The notes beneath the pieces were generated by a model, which saw nothing but the letters and a program-made list of their open reading frames with translations, had not been told where the DNA came from and searched no databases. The position numbers and the translations under genes are program-made. This document shows positions 46,917 through 55,629 of a stretch of 64,000 bases of DNA, in pieces (the first letter of the stretch is position 1; the number at the start of each line of letters is the position of its first letter). This DNA comes from Gemmatimonadaceae bacterium (lineage in GTDB: Bacteria > Gemmatimonadota > Gemmatimonadetes > Gemmatimonadales > Gemmatimonadaceae): the NCBI GenBank assembly GCA_033763905.1, contig JANRJP010000102.1, positions 32,001 to 96,000 on the forward strand, given 5' to 3'.

Positions 46917-48038
46917 ATGACGACGGCCGAGTCGCGCCGACGCGTCTGGTTTGCCGGTGGAGGCACGGGAGGGCACCTGTACCCGGGCCTCGCGATCGCG
47001 CGCGCTCTGGTTGCCTTGGACCCCGGCGTCGAGCCGTTTTTCGTCGGCGCCGCGCGCGGGATTGAGCGCACCGTCCTTCCAGGGCAGCCGTTCGGCCACG
47101 TGCTGCTGGACCTGCATCCGATCTACCGCCAGCGCCCGTGGGAGAACTGGAAGACCCTCCGCGGGGCACTCGGCGCGTGGCGCACGCTCGACCGGCTGGC
47201 GGACACTGTCCCGCCGGCGTTGGTGGTTGGCACCGGCGGATATGCGATGGGGCTGGCGGCCGCGTGGGGCGGTTGGCACCGGGTGCCGGTGGTCCAGCAG
47301 GTCGCCGATGTGGTGCCCGGCCTGACCGCGAAGCTGGCCTCCCGTTGGTCGCACGAGCTCTACTTGGGCTTTCCGGAAGCCGCTCGGCACCTCGCGGGCG
47401 GCGAAAAGATCGCCACCGGAAACCCGATCGAGCCGCCACCGTCACCCCGCCCGGACCGTGCCGCTGCGCGCGCCAAATGGGGTTTTCCACAGTCCGGCGG
47501 ACGGGTCGTCTTGGTCTTCGGTGGGAGCCAGGGTGCCCGGGCCATCAACGACGCGGTCGCCGAATGGGTCCGCCGCGGGGTAGGGGAGCACACCTACGTA
47601 CTGTGGGCCACCGGGACCGCGCAGTACGACCGCTACGCCTCGCTCGAGAGCGCCGGTCGAGTGCGGGTGTTGCCCTATCTTTCCCCAATCGCCGACGGTT
47701 ACTCGGCGGCCGATCTGGCAGTCACTAGAGCGGGGGCAATGACCTGCGCCGAGCTGACCGCGTGGGGCATCCCTGCCGTGATGATCCCTCTGCCGACTGC
47801 TGCCGCCGACCATCAGACAACGAACGCGCGAACATTGGAGGACGCGGGCTGTGCCGTGTTTTTTCCACAGTCGCGCCTCACGCCCGAGTCGCTGAGCGCG
47901 ACAATCGCGATGATGGTCGAGGAGCCGGGTCGGCTGGACCGGATGGGCGCTGCAGCCAAGGCGCGGGCTCGCCCCAATGCGGCGAAAGACATCGCCGCGA
48001 GAGTGTTGATGATCGTAAACGGCGAATCTCTCAAGTGA
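46917..48038 (+). CDS. murG: Lipid I N-acetylglucosaminyltransferase
   Basis: GGGTGGHLYP, GTGGY, GGSQGA, RAGAMT, DHQTTNA. Confidence 0.96.
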   Translation: MTTAESRRRVWFAGGGTGGHLYPGLAIARALVALDPGVEPFFVGAARGIERTVLPGQPFGHVLLDLHPIYRQRPWENWKTLRGALGAWRTLDRLADTVPPALVVGTGGYAMGLAAAWGGWHRVPVVQQVADVVPGLTAKLASRWSHELYLGFPEAARHLAGGEKIATGNPIEPPPSPRPDRAAARAKWGFPQSGGRVVLVFGGSQGARAINDAVAEWVRRGVGEHTYVLWATGTAQYDRYASLESAGRVRVLPYLSPIADGYSAADLAVTRAGAMTCAELTAWGIPAVMIPLPTAAADHQTTNARTLEDAGCAVFFPQSRLTPESLSATIAMMVEEPGRLDRMGAAAKARARPNAAKDIAARVLMIVNGESLK

Positions 48039-49268
48039 AGTTAGTTTAGTATTTATAAGTCGTTGTATTGTAGTCAAATAAGGCGTTCAGTTCGAGTAGA
48101 GAATTATAAGTAAACCCAGTATCAGGATCGTCATTTCGTGACAGCTGGACTTTTCAACACTGAAGACCCCCGCGACGTCCATTTCGTCGGTATTGCCGGC
48201 GCGGGGATGAGCGCGTTGGCCGAACTTTTCCACAGGCGGGGCGTCCGCGTCACGGGATGCGACGCGGGGGGCGGCAATGTGGAAGACTTGGCTCGGCTCG
48301 GGATTCAGGTTCTGGGCGAGCATTCGCCCTCGCATGTGGAAAACTGCCGCGCCCTGGTCGTCACGAGCGCGATGCCCAAGCAGCATCCTGAACTCGAACG
48401 GGCGCGCCAGATTGGCATTCCGGTGATTCGGCGCGCCGAAGCGTTGGGGGCGGCCGTGAACCACGGGACGCTGGTCGCGGTCGCCGGAACACACGGCAAA
48501 ACCACGACGACCGTACTCACGACCGAAGCACTGTCCGCGGCTGGAATGGACGCCACCGGCGTGGTCGGTGCGCGCGTGGGTCCGTGGGGAGGGAACCTCC
48601 GGCGCGGCGGGGACGACCTGTTCGTCGTCGAGGCCGACGAGTATGACCGCAGCTTTCTGGCCCTGAAGCCGGCCGTGGCGGTGGTCACGAACCTCGAAGC
48701 CGACCATCTCGACATCTATACGGATCTCGACGACATCCGGCGGACGTTCCTTCAGTTCGTGGCGCCGGCCCGGTGGGTCGTGGCCTGCGCCGACGACGCC
48801 GAGGCGACGCGGTTGCCGTATCCCGTGAGCGCCGAAGTCATTCGGTATGGGGTCGAGCAGCCGGACGGGACCGTCTCACCCGACGCGCGGCTCGTGGCCC
48901 GGGGCATCGAGTCCGTGGGGCAGGGAACGCGGTTCCGGGTGACCTTCGACTACAAAGAAGTGGCGGTGTTCACCCTGCCGTTGCCGGGACTCCACAACGT
49001 CCGAAACGCCCTCGCCGCGATCGGCACTGGGTTGGCGCTCGGCGCGGACCCAGCCGGGCTGGCCGCTGGCTTGGCGGCGGTGCGGGGTGCGGAGCGCCGC
49101 TTCCAACGGATCGGCCAGGCCCGCGGTGTGATCATTGTGGATGACTACGCCCACCATCCCACCGAGGTCGCGGCGACCATTGCAGCGGCTCGGCTCGCGG
49201 AGCCGGCACGGCGCTTGGTCGTGGCCTTCCAGCCGCACCTGTTCAGCCGGACCAGGGACTTTTCCACA
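47483..49268. promoter_or_regulatory. DnaA-box cluster around an AT-rich spacer (candidate oriC or DnaA-regulatory locus)
   Basis: TTTTCCACA at 47483, 47861, 48226, 49260; TGTGGAAAA at 48335; one-mismatch boxes at 48151, 48278, 49136; AT-rich spacer 48039-48137. Confidence 0.6.
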
Positions 49269-49544
49269 GCGTTCGCCGACGCGCTGGCGGCAGCCGACGT
49301 GACATTGCTGTGCGACATCTATCCCGCCCGTGAGCAGCCAATGCCTGGCGTGACCTCGGCGCTGATCGCCGAACCGATGGCGGCGTCGGGTCGCGCCCCG
49401 AGTTGGCAGGGGCCGCGGCGAGAGGTCGTGCCGGCGCTGGAGTCGATCGTGCGCGCCGGCGATCTCGTCATCACGATGGGAGCCGGCGACATCACCAAGG
49501 CCGCGCCGGAATTGTTGGCGCGGCTGGGCGGGGAGGCGGCGTGA
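48138..49544 (+). CDS. murC: UDP-MurNAc-L-alanine ligase
   Basis: HFVGIAGAGMS, AGTHGKTTT, EADEYD, DDYAHHP, FQPH, MGAGDI. Confidence 0.96.
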   Translation: MTAGLFNTEDPRDVHFVGIAGAGMSALAELFHRRGVRVTGCDAGGGNVEDLARLGIQVLGEHSPSHVENCRALVVTSAMPKQHPELERARQIGIPVIRRAEALGAAVNHGTLVAVAGTHGKTTTTVLTTEALSAAGMDATGVVGARVGPWGGNLRRGGDDLFVVEADEYDRSFLALKPAVAVVTNLEADHLDIYTDLDDIRRTFLQFVAPARWVVACADDAEATRLPYPVSAEVIRYGVEQPDGTVSPDARLVARGIESVGQGTRFRVTFDYKEVAVFTLPLPGLHNVRNALAAIGTGLALGADPAGLAAGLAAVRGAERRFQRIGQARGVIIVDDYAHHPTEVAATIAAARLAEPARRLVVAFQPHLFSRTRDFSTAFADALAAADVTLLCDIYPAREQPMPGVTSALIAEPMAASGRAPSWQGPRREVVPALESIVRAGDLVITMGAGDITKAAPELLARLGGEAA

Positions 49545-50221
49545 CCATACGCTGGCGGCTCGTCGGGGGGATCGCTGCCGCCGCCGTGGTGCTGGCGTCT
49601 CCGTGGTGGGGAACCGAGTTGCTGCAGGAGTTCGCCTTCTTTCGGGTGCGGAAGGTCGAGGTGCACGGCACGCGGTGGGTGGATCCGCAGGTACTCGTTG
49701 ACCGGATGGCGGTGGACACGACCCGGTCGGTCTGGGACGACCTCGACCGGCTGGAGGGTCGGGTGCGGGGCCACCCGCAGGTAGCGTCGGTGCAGATCGA
49801 GCGACGTCTTCCCGGCACGCTGGTGGTGACGGTCGAGGAGGTCGTGCCGATCGCGCTGGTGCCTGCGCGCGAGGGGTTCCGGGCCTTCGACGCAACCGGC
49901 AAGGCGCTCCCGCTTGAGCCGAGCGAGGTGCCGGTGGACGCCCCGGTCATTGCACAGCGGGACACCGCGGTGCTGGGGCTGCTGGGTCGGGTCCGCAGCG
50001 ACCAGCCGGAGGTGTACGCCCGGATCTCCGAAGTGCGTCGTGCCGGAAAGGGGGAGCTCGTCGTCACTATGTCGGATGTGCCGGTGCGCACGTTGGCCGA
50101 GGTGACGACGGCGCGCCTGTCGGAGATATTGCCCGTCACGCGAGATCTCGAGCGTCGGGGACTCCGTGCGAAGGAGCTGGACCTCCGCTATCGTGATCAA
50201 GTGATCGCCCGTTTGCCGTAA
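49541..50221 (+). CDS. ftsQ: Cell division protein FtsQ/DivIB
   Basis: TM + POTRA-like (FRVRKVEVHG...RRLPGTLVVTVEE) + C-terminal DLRY. Confidence 0.88.
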   Translation: MTIRWRLVGGIAAAAVVLASPWWGTELLQEFAFFRVRKVEVHGTRWVDPQVLVDRMAVDTTRSVWDDLDRLEGRVRGHPQVASVQIERRLPGTLVVTVEEVVPIALVPAREGFRAFDATGKALPLEPSEVPVDAPVIAQRDTAVLGLLGRVRSDQPEVYARISEVRRAGKGELVVTMSDVPVRTLAEVTTARLSEILPVTRDLERRGLRAKELDLRYRDQVIARLP

Positions 50222-50230
50222 CTTGCCCAG

Positions 50231-51496
50231 ATGAATCCCGAACGTCTCGTCGCCGGCCTCGATATCGGTTCCGCCAAAACCACCGCGATCATCGCGGAGG
50301 TTGTGGGCGAATTCCCCAAGCACCCCGAGATTCGCGTGCTCGGTGTGGGGCAGTCCCGAACCACCGGGCTGCGGAAGGGCGTCGTGTCCGACATCGAGGA
50401 AACGATGCGGGCGATTCAGAAGGCGATGACCGACGCCGAGCGGATGGCGGGCGCGCAGGTGCCGGCGGTGTACGTCGGCATTGCCGGCGAGCACGTCTCG
50501 GCGATGACCTCGAGCGGCGTCGTCGCGGTCTCGAGCCCCGAGATCTCCCGCGCCGACGTCGAGCGCGTCAACGAGGTCGCGCGGGCTCAGGTGATTCCGC
50601 AGGACCGCGAGCTGCTGCACGCGATTCCGCAGGAGTACACCGTCGACAAGAACGAGGGCATCCGCGACCCGATCGGGATGATCGGCACGCGCCTGACCAC
50701 CGAGATGTATCTGGTGACGATCGGTGCCTCGCCGGCGATGAACCTCCGCAAGGCGGTCGAGCGGGCCGGCTACCAGATCAAGGAACTGGTGCTCGAGCCG
50801 CTGGCCAGCGCTCTGGCGACGTTGACCGACGACGAGAAGGAACTGGGCGTCGCGCTCATCGAAATGGGCGCCGGCACGACCGATCTCGCGGTCTTCCACG
50901 AAGGGAAGATTCGCCACTTGGGCACCATCCCCTTTGGCGGGAACAACGTCACCAGCGACCTCGTGCACGGCTTGGGCGTGACGCAGGCAGACGCCGAGCG
51001 CTTGAAGGAGAAGTACGGCATCGCCTACGAGCCGCTGTCGCCGCCGGGCGAGACGATTTCGCTGCCGAGTACCGTGGCGCAGGGCGATCGTCGCATTCCG
51101 CGTGAGCTGCTGGCGCACATCATTCACCAGCGGACCGACGAGATGTTCGATCTCGTGCAGCGCGCGATTCAGGCCAGCGGGTACGCCGGTCGTCTCCAGG
51201 CCGGCGTGGTGCTCACCGGCGGTGCGGCGGCGACGCCGGGCACTGTGGAGCTGGCGCAGGATGTGTTCGGGATCGGTGCCCGCGTGGGGACGCCGTCCGA
51301 GGGCATCGGCGGGCTGTCCGATTCGGTCGAAGCCCCGCGCTTCGCGACCGTCGCGGGGTTGGCGCTCTACGGCGCCAACCGGATGGCGCTTGGTCTGGCG
51401 GGCTCGACCGGCGGGCGTCGGCTGTCCATTCCCGGCGGCGCTGACGCGGGCAAGCTGGTCCAGCGCGTGAAGACTTGGCTGCAGGACTTCTTCTAA
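50231..51496 (+). CDS. ftsA: Cell division protein FtsA
   Basis: GLDIGSAK, MGAGTTD, VLTGG, C-terminal amphipathic WLQDFF. Confidence 0.97.
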   Translation: MNPERLVAGLDIGSAKTTAIIAEVVGEFPKHPEIRVLGVGQSRTTGLRKGVVSDIEETMRAIQKAMTDAERMAGAQVPAVYVGIAGEHVSAMTSSGVVAVSSPEISRADVERVNEVARAQVIPQDRELLHAIPQEYTVDKNEGIRDPIGMIGTRLTTEMYLVTIGASPAMNLRKAVERAGYQIKELVLEPLASALATLTDDEKELGVALIEMGAGTTDLAVFHEGKIRHLGTIPFGGNNVTSDLVHGLGVTQADAERLKEKYGIAYEPLSPPGETISLPSTVAQGDRRIPRELLAHIIHQRTDEMFDLVQRAIQASGYAGRLQAGVVLTGGAAATPGTVELAQDVFGIGARVGTPSEGIGGLSDSVEAPRFATVAGLALYGANRMALGLAGSTGGRRLSIPGGADAGKLVQRVKTWLQDFF

Positions 51497-51540
51497 GCGG
51501 CTGCGGGGCAGTGCTCGGCGCGCTCCTGACGGCGCCGAAA

Positions 51541-51669
51541 TGTGGAAAACTCTCTTGACAGAAGTTCTATCTTCGCGACGTTAGGTGAGATAGCGTGTGG
51601 ATTGACTGTCCACACGTTATCTTCGCGGGGTAGTTCTCGACGCATCGTGCTGCCCGGCCGGGGCGGCAC
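51541..51669 (+). promoter_or_regulatory. ftsZ upstream regulatory region with DnaA boxes and repeated promoter-like elements
   Basis: TGTGGAAAA at 51541; inverted repeat CGTGTGGA/TCCACACG 51594-51616; TTGAC at 51555 and 51602; TATCTTCGCG at 51568 and 51618. Confidence 0.55.
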
Positions 51670-51696
51670 TTCCGGGTCAATCGAGTGAGCACTGGA

Positions 51697-52872
51697 ATGA
51701 TCTTCGAATTCGAGGAGTCCGCGACGCAAGGCGCCCGGATGAAGGTGGTGGGCGTCGGCGGCGGTGGCGGGAACGCCGTCAACCGAATGATCGACGAATC
51801 GCTGCAGGGCGTCGAATTCATCTCGGTGAACACCGATGCACAGGCGCTCCTGAACTCGAAGTCGGACGTCAAGGTCCAGATCGGGCAGAAGCTGACGCGC
51901 GGACTTGGTGCCGGCGCGCGCCCCGAAGTCGGGCGTCAGGCCATCGAGGAGAACCGCGACGAGGTGATGAAGGTCGTCTCCGGCGCTGATCTCGTGTTCG
52001 TCACCTGCGGGATGGGTGGCGGCACCGGGACGGGCGCCGCGCCGGTCGTCGCCGAGCTCGCGAAGGAAGCGGGCGCGCTGACCGTGGGCATCGTCACGCG
52101 TCCGTTCCTGTTCGAAGGCAAGAAGCGGATGAAGCAGGCCGAGCTCGGCATCCTCGAGATGCGCAAGCACGTGGACACGATGATCATCGTGCCGAACGAG
52201 CGCCTGCTCGCGGTCGTCGGCAAGGGGATTCCGTTCCAGGACGCGCTCAAGCGCGCCGACGAAGTCCTGCTGCAGGCGACGCGCGGTATTTCCGAAATCG
52301 TCGTGAAGACGGGCTTGGTCAACGTCGACTTCGCCGACGTGCGCACGGTGATGACCAACGGCGGCGCGGCCCTGATGGGCACGGGCATTGGCCGCGGCGA
52401 AAACCGCGCGATCGAAGCGGCGCAGCAGGCCATTGCGTCGCCGCTGCTCGACAACCTGTCGATCCGTGGCGCGCGCGGCGTGCTGATCAACATCTCGGGT
52501 GGCGCCGATCTCACCTTGGGCGAGTTCACGGCGGTCTCGGAGTTGGTACACGAGGCGGCGGGCGACGAGTCCGAAATCATCATCGGCTCGGTCACCGAGC
52601 CGGCGATGCAGGGCGAGATTCGCGTCACCGTCATCGCGACGGGCTTCGACCACGATATGGGCGTGCCGATGCCGCAGGGGAACGCGCGGCCGTCGGCCAC
52701 GCCGTTCGCTCCGTTGGCGCAGCGCGGATCGTCGGCCAAGTTCGTCCCGCCGACGCCGTCCGCGTCGCCGGTGGTACCGGCGGCGTCGAAGTTCCCGACG
52801 TCCACGGGGACGCCGGCCGGCGATCTCACCGATATGGAGATCCCGACGTTCATTCGTCGCCAGATGGACTGA
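51697..52872 (+). CDS. ftsZ: Cell division protein FtsZ
   Basis: [24 protein letters not shown]-terminal [11 protein letters not shown]. Confidence 0.98.
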   Translation: MIFEFEESATQGARMKVVGVGGGGGNAVNRMIDESLQGVEFISVNTDAQALLNSKSDVKVQIGQKLTRGLGAGARPEVGRQAIEENRDEVMKVVSGADLVFVTCGMGGGTGTGAAPVVAELAKEAGALTVGIVTRPFLFEGKKRMKQAELGILEMRKHVDTMIIVPNERLLAVVGKGIPFQDALKRADEVLLQATRGISEIVVKTGLVNVDFADVRTVMTNGGAALMGTGIGRGENRAIEAAQQAIASPLLDNLSIRGARGVLINISGGADLTLGEFTAVSELVHEAAGDESEIIIGSVTEPAMQGEIRVTVIATGFDHDMGVPMPQGNARPSATPFAPLAQRGSSAKFVPPTPSASPVVPAASKFPTSTGTPAGDLTDMEIPTFIRRQMD

Positions 52873-52897
52873 GTCGCGGGCCGCATAGATTGCGCCC

Positions 52898-54679
52898 GTG
52901 ATTTCTTGGCTCGTAGCAATCGGTGCCGGCGTCGCCTTGGCGGCGCTCGGCTATGTCGGACGGTCGGCCCGCGGTGCGATGTCGCGCCTCGGGCCGGCTG
53001 CGTTGCGGGCCCTGGCCACAACGGTGCTCGTGGCCTTGTGGCTCGACGCGCCGGTTGGTCGAGCACGACCTGGCCGACTGCTCGTGGCGCTCGACGCGAG
53101 CGCGTCGCTCAGCCGAGGCGGTGACACGACGGCGTGGCGACGCGCGCGCGTGATCGCCGATTCCCTTGGGGAGCGCCCGGTTCTCGTTGGGACGAGTGTC
53201 GGGACGAGTCCCATTCCCGAGCGGCCCACGTTGCCTTCGAGCCGCGTGACACCGCTGGTGGACCAGGCGCTGGCCGAAGGGCGGACCGTCGCACTGATCA
53301 CCGACGGCGAGATCGAAGACGCCGACGCACTGCGCCGACTCCCTGCGGGATCGCGCGTGTCCGTCGTGCGCTCGGCGGATGGCCCCGACATCGGCATCGC
53401 GCGGCTCGATGCGCCCGCGACGGCCATCGCCAGCGATACCGTGGTCCTCCGGGTACACCTCGTGGCCGGCGGTGTGGGCGCGTCGGCGACGCAGCTCGCG
53501 GTTGCCGTCGATGGCGCATCGGGAGATGCGATCGCCGTCGCTGCGATGGCGCCGTGGGAAGAGCGCACGCTGGAGGTGCCGCGGGCGGTGGGGCGCGCGG
53601 GGGGGCGGGTGATCCGCGCGTCGCTCGCCGCGGGTGATCGCGAGCCTCGGAACGACACCTTGGCGGTCGCGATCGACGTGCTCGACCGGCCAGCGGCGCT
53701 GGTGCTCAGCACCGCCCCTGATGCCGACATCCGGTGGATCGAATCCGGGGTGCGCTCGGCGCTCGGCGCCGGCGTGCAGACCTGGTGGCGTGTGTCGCCC
53801 GGGGAATGGCGCCGCGCGCCGTCGCTCGATCCGGTGGCCGAGACCGAGGTACGTCGCGCCGTGGCCGAAGCCTCGGTGGTTGTGCTGCACGGCGACACGG
53901 CCTTCTTCGGTCCGCCGAGCACGGCGCTCCGCGGCTCGCGGTGGCTGATTCCCTCCAGTGACGCCGATGGAGAGTGGTACGTCGCGCCGTCCGCCGACGG
54001 TTCGCCGATGGGCGATCTGTTGTCGGGGGCTGCGCCCGATTCGTTGCCGCCCTTGAGCGCGAGCGCGGCACCCGCGCTGGAATGGACCGCGCTCGTGGCG
54101 CGTCGCGACAAGCGCGGTGACGGGGTACCGATTCTGACCGGACGGACGACCGCGCCGCGCACCGTCGTGCTGACCGCCGCCGGTCTGTCGCGCTGGGGGC
54201 TGCGCGGCGGCGAGGCGGCGAGTGCTCTGCCGGCGCTCGCCGGCGGCGTGGCTGCGTGGTTGGCGGAGTCCGCCCCGGAGCGGCGCGCCGCCGTGCCGAC
54301 GCAGACGAGCTGGCGAGAGGGGGAGCCGATTACCTGGCGGCGCGGTGGCCGCGACTCGGTGGTGGTGCTGCGGTGGTCGGCGGCGGGACAGACCGGCGTC
54401 GACACGCTTCGCTTTGGCGCGACCGGCACCACCGCCGTGGGGCGGGTGTTCGCCCCCGGGCGCGTGGATGTGGACGTCGCGGGGGGGCGCGTGACGCTGG
54501 TGGTCAACCCGAGCGGCGAACTGCTCCCGCGCCGCGCCGCCGTGGCGGCAGGGCCGGTGGGCGACGGGGCGGCGGCCGCCGCGGCACCCTCGGCACGGGA
54601 CTGGCTCTGGTTGTACGCCGTGGTGATTCTGGCCCTGAGTGCCGAGTGGGTGCTCAGGCGGCGCGCGGGACTGCGGTAG
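52898..54679 (+). CDS. Membrane-anchored protein with vWA-like MIDAS motif
   Basis: Two N-terminal and one C-terminal TM; LDASASL (DxSxS) and LITDG; C-terminal EWVLRRRAGL. Confidence 0.65.
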   Translation: MISWLVAIGAGVALAALGYVGRSARGAMSRLGPAALRALATTVLVALWLDAPVGRARPGRLLVALDASASLSRGGDTTAWRRARVIADSLGERPVLVGTSVGTSPIPERPTLPSSRVTPLVDQALAEGRTVALITDGEIEDADALRRLPAGSRVSVVRSADGPDIGIARLDAPATAIASDTVVLRVHLVAGGVGASATQLAVAVDGASGDAIAVAAMAPWEERTLEVPRAVGRAGGRVIRASLAAGDREPRNDTLAVAIDVLDRPAALVLSTAPDADIRWIESGVRSALGAGVQTWWRVSPGEWRRAPSLDPVAETEVRRAVAEASVVVLHGDTAFFGPPSTALRGSRWLIPSSDADGEWYVAPSADGSPMGDLLSGAAPDSLPPLSASAAPALEWTALVARRDKRGDGVPILTGRTTAPRTVVLTAAGLSRWGLRGGEAASALPALAGGVAAWLAESAPERRAAVPTQTSWREGEPITWRRGGRDSVVVLRWSAAGQTGVDTLRFGATGTTAVGRVFAPGRVDVDVAGGRVTLVVNPSGELLPRRAAVAAGPVGDGAAAAAAPSARDWLWLYAVVILALSAEWVLRRRAGLR

Positions 54680-54688
54680 CTTTCGGGT

Positions 54689-55621
54689 ATGGCACGCTTG
54701 TTCAAGTCCGGCGCCAGCCCGCGCCGGTCGCTCTGGCAGAAGCTCAAGGACGTCGCGCTCGCCGACGTCGGCGCGATGCTGCGCCGCGGCGCGGTCGAAG
54801 GCAATCTCGAACAACTCGAAACCCTGCTCCTCGAGAGCGACTTCGGCGTGCCGGTGACGATGCGGCTGGTCGCCGAGGTCGAGCGACTCGCCAAGCTCGG
54901 CAAGGTCAAGACGGACGACGAGTTCCGCCGCGCCTTAGGCGATGCGATCGCGGCGTCGTTGCGCGCGGGGAACGCGGATCCCGCGCTGCGACTGCCGTCC
55001 CCGGGACCGGCGATCATTCTCGTGGTGGGTATCAACGGCGCCGGCAAGACGACCGCCATCGGCAAGCTCGCGCATCGGCTGCGCGGCGAAGGCAAGCGTG
55101 TGCTCGTCGGCGCCGGCGACACGTTCCGCGCCGGCGCCGTCGATCAACTGCGCGTGTGGGCCGAGCGGACCGGCGCGGACTTTGTGGCGGGGCAGTCGGG
55201 GCAGGATCCCGCCGCCGTCGCGTGGGATGCGGTCGACGCCGCGGTGGCGCGGCAGGTCGATGTGGCGATCATCGACACCGCGGGGCGACTGCACACGAGT
55301 GATGCGCTGATGGAGGAACTGCGCAAAGTGGCGCGCGTGATTCCGAAGCGGTTGCCCGGTGCGCCCCACGAGACACTGCTCGTGCTCGATGGCACGATCG
55401 GCCAGAACGCGGTGCAACAAGCCAAGCAGTTTTCGGCGGCCGTTCCGCTCACCGGCGTCATCGTGAGCAAGCTCGACGGGACGGCTAAGGGTGGTGTCGT
55501 CGTGGCGGTGCACGAAGCGGTGAACGTGCCGGTGAAGTTCGTAGGGGTTGGCGAGGCGGCGACCGACCTGTTGCCGTTCGACGCCGCGACCTACGCGGCG
55601 GATCTCGTCGCCGACGACTGA
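54689..55621 (+). CDS. ftsY: SRP receptor FtsY
   Basis: GINGAGKTT, DTFRAGA, DTAGR, SKLDGTAKGG. Confidence 0.97.
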   Translation: MARLFKSGASPRRSLWQKLKDVALADVGAMLRRGAVEGNLEQLETLLLESDFGVPVTMRLVAEVERLAKLGKVKTDDEFRRALGDAIAASLRAGNADPALRLPSPGPAIILVVGINGAGKTTAIGKLAHRLRGEGKRVLVGAGDTFRAGAVDQLRVWAERTGADFVAGQSGQDPAAVAWDAVDAAVARQVDVAIIDTAGRLHTSDALMEELRKVARVIPKRLPGAPHETLLVLDGTIGQNAVQQAKQFSAAVPLTGVIVSKLDGTAKGGVVVAVHEAVNVPVKFVGVGEAATDLLPFDAATYAADLVADD

Positions 55622-55629
55622 CGGGCGTC

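Noticed and set aside
48039..48137. AT-rich spacer as a dif site or foreign insertion
   Set aside because: Only weak resemblance to the XerD arm (TTATAAGTAAA vs TTATGTTAAAT), no XerC arm, and no IS ends or target duplication
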